64,000 nucleotides of DNA from Camelus dromedarius. Its lineage: Eukaryota. Every line of letters begins with the position of its first letter. Positions within the stretch are counted from its first letter, which is position 1. The position numbers and the translations under genes were made by a program. Below, piece after piece: positions 1-10,270 of the stretch. The stretch is taken from contig NC_087445.1 of NCBI RefSeq assembly GCF_036321535.1, positions 62,870,001-62,934,000 on the forward strand, in the 5' to 3' direction. Under the pieces are notes generated by a model. The model saw only the letters and a program-made list of their open reading frames with translations. It was not told the DNA's origin and did not search any database.

Positions 1-1375
1 TAGAATACCTCATCCATAAATAGAAGAATGTACTTGAGTTTAAACTGGAATCTGAAAACAATGATAGACCATATTCTGTGCCATAAGACCAGTCTCAATA
101 AATTTAAAATGACTAAAGTCATAAAATGTGTATTCTCTGATATGAAAATGAATATATGTATATATACATGCATGACTGGGACATTATGCTGTACACCACA
201 AACTAGTAAATTGTAACCAACTATACTTCAATTTTTTAAAAAAGTATATTCTCTGATACAGCAGAATCAAATTAAAATTCAATTACAGAAAAAATAAATG
301 AAAAATCCTCAACTATATGGAAATTAAGTAACATGCATCTAAAGAAACCATGGGTCAAATAAGAAAACAAAAGGGAAAATAGGAAGTATTTTGAACTGAA
401 AGAATATGAAAATCCAATTTATCAAAAATTTGTGGTAAGCCACTAAAGCAATAATTAGAGGAAATACTTACAAGAAAAATCTCAAATCAGCAACTTCAGC
501 TACCACCTTAAAAATCCAGAAAAAGAGGAGCAAACTAAATCCAAAGCCAAAGAAAAAACAAAGATCAGAATAGAAATCAATGAAATAGAAAATAGCAAAA
601 ATAGGTGAAATCAAAGCTGACTCTTTGAGAGGACAAATGAATTACATAACCCTCCTTCCAGACTGAGCAGAAAGAGAGAGATGAGAGAAATTACCAATAT
701 CAAGACTGAAAGAGGGATACCACTATAAATTCCATAAATACTAAAAGAATAACAACAGAATATCATGAACAACTTTTTACCAGTAAATTTTACAACTTAT
801 GTGAAATGGATAAATTCCTTGAAACATACAAATTACCAAAATCACTCAAATAAAAAAATACATAACTTGAGTAGCCCCATGTCTCTCAGAGAATTAAACT
901 GGTAATTAAAACCTTCTTACAAGAAAGGCTCCGAGCCCAGATTATTGCACTGGCGAATTCTACCAAACAATTAAAAAATATATATTACTAATTCCACCCA
1001 AGCTCTTTCAGAAGATGAAAAAGGAGAAATATTCTGCAATTTACTTTGAGAGGCCAGAATTATCCTGACAACAAAACAGACAAAAGCATCACAAGAAAAC
1101 TACAGATCAAAATCCCTCAGGAACATAGATGCCAAAACCAAGCAAAATTTTAACACAAGTCCAACAATATATAAAAAAGATAATGCATCATGACCATGTG
1201 AGATTTGTTTATTCCAGGAATGCAAGGTTTTCTTTTAAATCATTTGAAAATCCTTCAATGTAATTTACCACATTAACAAACTAAGAAACATACACTGTAT
1301 GATCATTTCAATAGACACAGAAAATTCAACATCCATTTTCTAATTAAAACAAAACAAAAACCTCAGCAAACTAGC
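1..1375 (+). mobile_element. Old L1 ORF2 fragment (end of endonuclease to start of RT), degraded
   Basis: A-rich plus strand with remnant ORF2 peptides (IDHILCHKTSLNKF) and typical segments such as gcccagattattgcactggcgaattctaccaaaca. Many stops and frameshifts. Confidence 0.9.
143..243 (+). mobile_element. Heavily 5'-truncated younger L1 3' end nested in the older L1
   Basis: L1 3'-terminal motif (tgctgtacacca...aactatacttcaa) plus an A/T tail. Flanked by the direct repeat gtgtattctctgata (128-142) / gtatattctctgata (244-258). Confidence 0.8.
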
Positions 1376-1524
1376 ATTCAGTCTTTTATCACCAAGCATA
1401 ATCAGTAAAGATGCAGGCATTACGCTGGGAGTAAGACAGCCTGGCCGTGGGACTTGGGAGGGTCACAGGCCTCTCTGGGATTCACTTCCTTGATCTATAA
1501 AAGCACACTTGGTAATCGTTCAGA

Positions 1525-2290
1525 GACTAATGTTAGCAAAATGGCAGCATAAGAATTTCTAGCACTTGTCTCCCTCTGCATCCTCTCAACCACCTCCACT
1601 GAAATATCAATTTCAACAACTATCTGCACAGAAATACCTTCACAAGAACTATGGTTTCTAGGTGAGGGATCTCATAGCACCAGGGTGAGGTACAAAAATA
1701 ATATAATGTGCTTTGAGGAGGGTAGGAAAGATAGATTTACTTTACTCCCATAACCTCTCCCCCAAGCCTCAGCAGCCCAGGGCAGTGAGAGAGAAACCAT
1801 CCTGGAAGGAAAGGGAAAAGTGAGCGCGCAACTTGCACCCCAGGGCCGACTCCCATGGCTGCACGTGGCTCCCAGCAGGCTTCTGTACAAACCCAGGCCT
1901 CTGGTTCATCCCAGGAACTGCCGGCTCAGGAGCCCCAGCAGCTTCCATGGCACCAGACTCCCAGTGGGCTCTCATGAACCCAGGCCCCTTACCCACCCCA
2001 GCATCTGCCAGCTCCAAAGGCCCCTGGCTGTTCCTGGGGCCCAGGCTCCCTAGTCCTCCTGGGAACCCAAGTTCTAGGAAATTAGCCTTGAACCCAGGCT
2101 TCCAGCTGGGCCCAGCACCAGGCCAACTACTACCAACTCAGGCTTCTGACCCACCCCAGAGGCAGGCTGGTGGCTCCTCTGGTCTCTGGCCCCCGACACC
2201 CCAGTACCAGGCCTGCCCTCAGGTCCTGCCTCAAGGCCAGTCCCAGAGACCCAGGCTGCCAGCCTGCCTAGAGCCAGACCAGCACTACGG
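1525..2290 (+). mobile_element. L1M-type 5'UTR fragment with degenerate ACCCAGGC-core repeats
   Basis: Begins with aaaatggcagca..., resembling L1 5' ends. It is followed by a C-rich region with repeated acccaggc(t/c)cc units. Family recognised from memory. Confidence 0.6.
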
Positions 2291-2682
2291 CAACTATTTC
2301 AGCACATCTCACTAGAATAGGCAATTCCTTGAATTTCCTCATCTAGCTCCCAGAGATAATATAGTTACAGGTCAAGGTCTTCAAAAATGCAACATGTAGG
2401 CCTTCCCAAGTAGAATTTTTTGAATTAACTAACACTTCAGTATATGGCTTTGAGGATCCAACTTAAGAGAATCAGGAATTTTTCCAAGTACAATTTCCTA
2501 CCTTCCCCTGCAGAAAATCATACCAGAAAGCACACAGGTGTGGGTACTAGGTGACAATCACTAAACAATGAAACTTCCCAGTTCAGATGACACCAAGCCT
2601 CCAAAGGCATTTAGAAAATCCCAGGTTCCCTTCTCTGTCACACCACCTCGGCCAAAGAGGAAGTCATAGGCTTTCTACTTAC

Positions 2683-2831
2683 CCGTGTAGAGGTCTGTAT
2701 CTGTGTATTCATCCACCTTCTTGTGCTGCAGAATATAGTCAGAGACCTTGGTCCCAATAGCTGGCTGAACATCTACCCACTCCAAGGAGACCACGGTGCT
2801 GGAGGGCTCTACGGTTGGGGAGAGCCGCAGC
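2683..2831 (-). CDS. ASTN2: Astrotactin-2 internal coding exon (149 nt; LRLSPTVEPSSTVVSLEWVDVQPAIGTKVSDYILQHKKVDEYTDTDLYT(G)), start of the fibronectin type III domain
   Basis: Not in the ORF track; read by hand on the minus strand. Acceptor ttccctgtcacccccgtag|G and donor ACGG|gtaagt. It has 1 nt plus 49 codons plus 1 nt, and the peptide is recognisable astrotactin. Confidence 0.96.
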
Positions 2832-3559
2832 CTACGGGGGTGACAGGGAAGGTTGTTTGTTTGCCAGCCAGTATTGTCTGGGCCCCCAAAGAGTCAGCTT
2901 GTGTCAAGATTAAGAGCACAGCATTCAGTGTGGCTTCAAATTTTGATTCAACCCACCACCAATCCCTTATATAGACTCAGGCAATTAATTACACCTCTTT
3001 CAGCCTCCGTTTCCTCGTCCATAAGGGGGATAAGAAGAGCTCCCTTTCAGGATCGATGTGGGATCCAGTAAATTAATCTAAGCAGGCAATATGTGCTCAC
3101 AGAAAGTTGATTAGCTTTCCATTTATTTAAAATATATTCTCAATGATTCTTCACTGTCAATTAACTTGGCAGTGCCTTCAAACACAGTATCTTCCAACTC
3201 GTCTGCCATTCTCTTCAATCCCCAAATTTATCAGCCAACCTTTTAATATCCTTAAATCAATACTCCCTCACAGAGGGCAGGAATCCTGGGGACTCCTTTT
3301 ATAAAAAAGTGAGAAATAACAGAATGATTGAAGGTGAGCACTGGGAGGGTCCTCTTAGAGAGGGGAGTTCATCCCCCCATTTCACAGAAGGTGACAGCGA
3401 GGCCCAGAAAAGGGAATGATCTGCACAAAGTCACCCGACCAGCTGGGGACCGAACCATGGTGGTGACTTTGCTTGTCCCCAGCCCAGATTCTGGCTCCCT
3501 TGCCACTCCATCCACTGTCTCCTCAAGGACTATCTTGCAATGCATCCTCAATACTGGCT

Positions 3560-4000
3560 CCTGCCCAGATCTCTGCTCCTCACACGGCTCTCCCTCTGAA
3601 TCACATGTCCCAGTCCTTTACTTCCTCCAATGGTGAATGCCCTGCATCAGGGCTATCCCATGGGCTCTTTCTTTTGCCTGAAACATGACTGTTGCCGTTT
3701 CCCGCCTGCCTAGCTCTGACTCTAATTCAGGTCTTCTCAAGAGGCTTCCCAGACTATCCTCTTCTCCAACTAAAGCATCCCCCCCTTTATTTTCTCCATT
3801 AGTGTGTCTTTGTGGGTTTTTTTTTTCGTATTTTTATTATTTAACTTTTTGAGCGGTATCACAGTTTCCTGTTTTTGCTTTGACATCTGTCCCCCTCACT
3901 AAATGGTCAGCTCCCCAAGTGTCTGTCTTGCTCATCGACGAATTCTCCAGGGTCTGACACACAGCAGGTGTTCAAACATTATCTTTTGAATGAGTGAGTA
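3560..4000 (+). mobile_element. L2 3' fragment
   Basis: Ends in the L2-type tail ctgacacacagcaggtgttcaaacattatcttttgaatgagtga. Confidence 0.65.
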
Positions 4001-4372
4001 ACATAAAGTTTCTTAGAATAGGTTCTACACTTTCTCTGTCTCAATAGCCGCAGTGGTCAGCACAGGAACTGACAAAGCAACAGTGAGTGCCCGGGAAACC
4101 TTTGTTGAGCGGATGAATGAAGTCAGGAAGGACGGATGGTGTGGCATTGCTAAAACAGCATGCACTGCGATTTGAGTGTCTACCCCTGAGCCATGATTCT
4201 GTTCTGCTAAAACTCCCTGCTTTCTCAAAGAAGGAGGTAGGGGCCCCCAGAGACTTCAGGGATCTGGTGAAGCACCCTAGGAACAGAAGCCAGCGATGGC
4301 CTGGGTTGGCAGGAGAGGACTATGAGTCCATGGGAAGGGGTGGCCAAAGGAAGAGGGGCCATACATACGTAC

Positions 4373-4506
4373 ACCGGCTGCGGGAGAGGGCTGCAGTTGG
4401 GGAGCCCACTGGCATCAAAGGCACTGAGGTCACACCTGCACCAGTCATCGATCACGTCCCCTTTCCCTGAGCACCAGTAGGAGCTCATCAGTGCACTCTT
4501 GAAGGC
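4373..4506 (-). CDS. ASTN2: Astrotactin-2 internal coding exon (134 nt; [44 protein letters not shown](V)), Cys-rich EGF-like segment
   Basis: Acceptor ctcctttatttcag|GCC and donor GGT|gtacgt. It has 44 codons plus 2 nt and continues the frame from ...GTKE into the phase-2 start of the 2831 exon. Confidence 0.95.
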
Positions 4507-5738
4507 CTGAAATAAAGGAGGACAAAAGAGATGATGATGACAATGGTGGAGAGATGGAGAGTGAAGGTTCCAATGGCCACGATGGCAGCTGACTCAAGCT
4601 CCAGAGTAGCTCTCCTGGGCACAGGACAGCATCTCTTGCCTAAATCCCTAGCATTCTACTACCAGGCTCTTCTACTTGGAGCCATTCTCTCTACCCAGCA
4701 GTCAGAATGAACACTGGGAACCCAACCTTGACTTTAAACCTGGAGTCAGGCTCCTCTTCCGGACAGCATAACACACTGGACCACACCTAACCATCACATC
4801 ACCTTGCCTGTCTCACCCAACAGACTCTGACCCCACCAAGGGCACAGGCCATGACTTAGTCACATGCGTTTTCTCATAGGACTGAGCACACTTATTCAGC
4901 CAGTATTTACTGAATAAATGAACAGACACTGAAAACCTGATCATTAGGCCCAGGCTCAGATGTGCTTTATGCTTTTGTCACTCCATTTACACTGACATTT
5001 CAAGGCACTGGGGATTCAGAAAGTTTGACAGCTTTTTTCAGACTTAAGGATACCAGATAACATTGATCTCCTCCTCCTTTGCCAGGTAACAGATTCTGCA
5101 TAGTCTCATGTTTTCTTTAAGGTTTTTTACTTTCTGTGTACTTTTTAAACAAAAGCTTCATAGTGCCTACTATCAAGGACACCTGATTACCCAGGTGTCA
5201 CTTTTTTCCATCTTATATTATTCAAAAGACAAGTACAGCATGTCTGTGTAAAGTGGGTCTGGGGTCTGCCTTCTTGGCTACAGGACACGGATCTAGAAGG
5301 AGAAAGTGTGTATCAAGAATGCGCTTGTGTAAGCCTCCAACTCATTTCTCTCAATGTCTCTGACGAGGAGGCTCCAATTATTCCTGCCGTATGTTCTTAC
5401 CCATATCCTCTCCAAGGGGACCAACAAATGATCTAATTTCTCCTGAATTAAGAATAGTGACCCAAAGAAATGAAAAAAGAATTATAAGAGCTCATGTTCA
5501 TGAAGCACCTAATTACACAGTGTAAGGTACTTTAAAGGCATTAAAAAAATGTAATTCTTACAACAGTCCTGAGGACCTTCACTTACAGGTGAGAACTAGC
5601 AATCAGAGCAGTGAAGTAATATCCCCAAGACCACACAGCAAGCAAATGATGGAAGCAGAAACCCGACCCAGATCTCTGTGACTCCTAAGCATAGATCTTT
5701 TCTATTTAACCATGTAGGACAGTGGGGTTGACCCCAAG

Positions 5739-5848
5739 TAGGGTTGCCAGATTCAGTAAATAAAAATACAAGATGCCCAGTTAAATTCAAATTCCAAATG
5801 AACAACTTCTTTTGTTTTAGTATAAACATATCCCATTCAGTGTTTGCA
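5739..5848. mobile_element. MER53-like hAT MITE, one arm only
   Basis: tagggttgccagattcagtaaataaaaatacaagatgcccagttaaatt resembles the MER53 terminus as recalled. Confidence 0.7.
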
Positions 5849-6251
5849 TATAAAGTATGTGGGCCAGAGTCTGGTACACAATAATAGCGCTGTTCTCACT
5901 AAGCGTCAGAACCTAAGTTGGGAACTAACGTCCGCTCTCCCGCCAGCATCAGAGGGGGGCACTCTCATGAGGGCAGAAACCAGATGGGACGGCATGAGGT
6001 CATGCTGACCGACAGACTTTCTTCTCCCTCCATGTGCAGGTTCTCGCTTAAATTAACCTGTACAACTGCTCACGGCTTAAGATTCTGTAGCGTCTCCAGC
6101 TAGTGCTGAGGGCTGGCTTAGTTGCCACAGTGGTGAAATGTGGGGCCGTGGGTGAGAGTGGCACAGGTGGCAAGAGACTGCCTCGGAATCCAGCGTGGGG
6201 AGGAGGACGGAGAACATCCTGTTTTGCTTGTGTATGTGTTTTTGTTTTTGC

Positions 6252-6281
6252 GTGAGTGTGAGTGTGTGTGTGTGTGTGTGT
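6252..6281. repeat. Interrupted (TG)n microsatellite
   Basis: gtgagtgtgagtgtgtgtgtgtgtgtgtgt. Confidence 0.9.
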
Positions 6282-7974
6282 TGTAATCAACACTGGAGCT
6301 TGTGAAAAACAAAACAGGAAATCTCTCTGGACTTTGTTTCACCATCCAAGCAGTTCTTGGGAAGAAATCCTGCCTGTGAGTCTCCACGTCCACTGGCTCT
6401 TTCCCAGACCCTGAGGAACAGAATGGGGACTGCGGCAATGGCCAGGCAAACCGTGGACAGAGCACAAACACACCCTGGTAAAAGGCCTACATCAAACACG
6501 GAGCCCTCGCAAAGCAGCAGAAGCCAGCGTGTGTCAGCGTCGGTCGAGTCTTTCCTTACGTCTTCAGTCCTTGCAACACTCCATCCCGAATCCAATTAGA
6601 TCCCAGGGGAGGAGCAGCGTGGAATGTTCCAGCTTCAAGGGATTCTGTAAATCATCTAATCAAATCTGTTTTACAGATGCATATACAGTGGCCCAGAAAG
6701 GCTAGCCAGCTGATCCAAGGTGACAGAGCAACTTTGTGATGAAATGACCCCATTCCTCCATTTAATCCTCAAAATCACCCTTTAGATGGGTGTCCTACCC
6801 CCATTCACAGACATGTGGACGAGTAGGGATTTGAACTAAAGTCCATCCGAATTCTGGCACCCTTGACTTTCCCAGGTCGCACAGGAACAAGAAATGCCAA
6901 GATTTCATCCAAAACATCCTTTTCAGCTGCTCTGCTTGTATCATGTGCTTCTGTGTTGTTTGTGTGTATGTGTGTGTCTGTGTGTTCTCAGAGGAAAACG
7001 AAACCTTACACTGGAGGTATTGTTGACTCTTGGCTTTTGAGTAAGTGAAGGGAAGTAAGAAACAAATCTTGCACTTCATACAGGGCTAAGGGCTACATTT
7101 GCATGGCCACTGGTTTTCTTAACAAAGAAGGTTTGCATTTCCACTACTAGTAAATGCTTCCAACTTCTGGCTAATTAGCTAGCAAACCAAGCCCGGCAAG
7201 AGGAGAAAACAGCCACAAAAATGTTAAGCAACCAAAATAAACTAGGATTTATTCCTGACTCTATGGTTACTTTCCTAATTGAACTTTGCATAAGTCACTC
7301 CTCTCTTTAAGCCTCAATTTCTCCATCTGTAAAATGAGGACTCAGAAGTTATATTTCTGAAGGTGTAATTAACATCCTCTGAGAAAGGAGAAACAAGATC
7401 CAATCACTAATTCTAAAGGACCCAGTGTCATTAGATGAAGACACACACCATCATAATTAATATAGTTCAAATGCTATGACGTAATACACACATGTCAGAC
7501 TGCTAGGCTGTTATCCTAGCTTTGTAGGAGACTAATTCCTGAGCCCATGCTCACCAGGTTTGATGGTCGGAAAGACCAGATTGATGAACTTAGGAAGGAC
7601 TGAATCTGGCATCGTAGCAGTGCTTGTGCAGAGGCAGAAATAGTGGTTTATAGCCATCACCTGGGCCTCTCGGATACCTGAGCCATCTGCCATTCAGTCA
7701 CCAGCACACCCCCTAGCAGTGGCTATAGGAGATGCCAATCATTCATTGCCCTGTTACAGGAGTTGGAGACCAGGGGCTAGAGTACTCACGGGGGGTGGGG
7801 GGGGGGTGGGGGGGTGGCAATTCTGGTCTGTCCTGACAGTGAGGGGATTAACTGGTCGTCTTGTTACAAATCAATGAGTGCATAATTAAGCAGCATGCGT
7901 GAGAAGACATTTGGGAAGAAAAGTGGGTAATGTTGGTTGATTTAAGTCTTCTTATTCCCCAACAGAGCAGGCAG

Positions 7975-8450
7975 GCAGGTATGTTGACTTTAAAACACGA
8001 CCTTAAGTATCTTTGACATTTCCCTCATCAAGAAGTGGGATCTAGGTTCTCTCCCCTTGAGCCTGAGCTCCACGGTGGCTTGACCAAAACTAGTACTTCT
8101 GCTTCACTTTCCAGGTCCAGGCCGTAAGAGTCTGGCAGCTTCCACATCATGTCTCTTGGGATGCTCACTCTCAGAGCCCAACCACCATGCTGTGAGGAAG
8201 CCCAGACCACATGGAGGCTACATGGAGGCATTCCAGTCTATAGACCCAGCTGAGGTCTCAGCCAACGGCCAGGGTCATCTGCCAGATGGGTGAGCCACAG
8301 ACATCCGCTGACCACAGCCACATGAGAGAACCAAGTAAGAAATGCCCAGCTCAGCCCAGTCACCTCCAGAACCATGAGAGACAATAATAAAACGATGCTC
8401 CTTTTAAGCCACCCATTTTGGGGATGACATAGGAATAAACAACTGGAACA
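7975..8450 (+). mobile_element. MaLR MLT1 LTR (MLT1F/G-like)
   Basis: Typical core ccaccatgctgtgaggaagcccag, AATAAA near 8386, and terminus ttttaagccac...aactggaaca. Confidence 0.8.
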
Positions 8451-9877
8451 GCAGGTTAATGCAAGTCTGAATAATCCTGCAAGATTACTTAGAGGATTAC
8501 TTAGAGGATGTAGCAACTAGGGAGCAGCTGAACAAAAGGAAGCAGAAATCTTAAACTACATACTCGTCCCAGGAGCTAGCGGGCTCTGAAGTGCACACAC
8601 TCATACTCATTGTCACAGGTGCCTGGCCTTTCAGATCCGAAAGAGTCCTGAAAGGTGAAAGCAGCCCTCACAACGTTGCACAGACTAAGAGACCCAAAAA
8701 GGAAAAGAGACTTGTCTAAGTTTCCACCACAAGAATCTGGCAGGAAATAAACTAAGTTTTTCATATCAACTAACCTTCACTATACAAGGCTGCCTACCTT
8801 TGGAACTGGGTCTGAGCCGTTCATTTGTTATGCTGTGAGACAGGAAACAAACACAACAGCAACATTTACTGAGAGTGTGATAAGTATTTTAATACACATT
8901 ATCTCTTTCAATCTTGTCAAGAGCCCTATGAGGCAGATTCTGCTGTTACCATCCCCATTTTACAGAGGAGGAAACGGAGGTTTGAAGGGTGAAACAGCCT
9001 GTTCAAAGTCACCCAGCTAAAAAGCGGTAGAACAAGGAATTGAATGCAGGTCCTTTGGTCCTACCATCATGAACAAGATCCCCACTAATTAGAAGATATT
9101 AGTAATAGCACTTAATATTCATTGAGTGCTTATTACAAGCCAAGTACTATTCTAAATTCTTTACATGTATTACTCCTCACAACAACCCTAGCCACTTAGA
9201 GATATATTAATTCATGTAATTAATGTTCCCAGCAACCTGTGAGGTAGGGATGTTGTTAAGTTCCATTTTACGTTTGTGCCCGAGATCCTAGGGCAAGGAA
9301 GTGGCATCGCCAGGACATGAACCCAGGAAGTCTGGCTCTGGAGCCCGTGCTCTGAAATGTAAAGCCTCCAAACACACAATCTGACAGAGACAAGCCATTT
9401 TTTAAATATGTTATTTATAGTCCTGATTCCCACCCCTCCCCCTCCCCCTTTAGTATATATTGAGATTTTTCATTGTACTGATGGGAACGGACCAGTGAAA
9501 ATGCCACAGATAACTGCCATTTACATTTAAGTCACATGTCTGCAATTTCATCTGGTTCAATGTAAGAGAAGCCACAGGAGTGAAAAAAGCCTCACAGGAC
9601 AAGGATAGAGAACACGAAAGGAGTAGAAAGTGCCTTGGACAGAAGAGTCCCAGGAAACTCTAACATTTTCTGACTAATGTGCTGTGGGACCTCACAAGTC
9701 ATTTACCCTCTCTGGACCTTACTGCCATCTGCATTTTCTTCAACTTGGACATACACTCCACAGCATTGCCGGTTCTAATCATTTTCTGATTTTGCTTTCT
9801 TCTCAAAGCTGCTCACAATTTTCCAATCCCCTTTAAAATTTTCATCCTACACGGGATCCTTTGAAAATTCATGCCTG

Positions 9878-10270
9878 TAGACAAAACTATGTGAACAGTA
9901 AAAGAATCAGCGGTTCGCAGGGGTTGGGGGGAAGGGAACAATGAATCTGGAGCAAGGAGGATTTTAGGACGGTGAACCTATTCTGTATGATACTGTCATG
10001 GTGGATACATGTCATTACACGTTTGTCAAAATTCACAGAGTGCACACCAGGAGTGAACCTTCAGGTAAACCCTGGACTTCTGGTGATGATGTGCCAGTGT
10101 CGATTCATCAGTCGTAACAAATGCCCTAGTGTGGTGAGCGATGATGAGGGTGGGGAAGACTGCGTGGCGGGAGTGGGGGGACAGGGGCTATATGGGGACT
10201 CTGCGCTTGATACTGAGGATTGTGCTGGGAACTTAAAACTACTCTAGAAAAATTACGTCTCTTTTAAAAA
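9878..10270 (+). mobile_element. L1MC-like 3'UTR fragment
   Basis: ctattctgtatgatactgtcatggtggatacatgtcattacacgtttgtcaaaa...ggtgatgatgtgccagtgt is characteristic of L1MC 3' ends. Confidence 0.75.

Noticed and set aside
1833..2315. 160-aa Pro-rich ORF
   Set aside because: It lies in the C-rich repeated region of a probable L1 5'UTR fragment.
5739..5848. MER53-derived miRNA hairpin (miR-1302-type)
   Set aside because: Only one arm of the palindromic element is visible, so no long hairpin forms.
6287..6595. 102-aa minus-strand ORF with a hydrophobic, TM-like stretch
   Set aside because: It starts at TTG with no in-frame ATG, and the hydrophobicity is explained by TG-rich sequence. The region is kept as a non-coding candidate instead.
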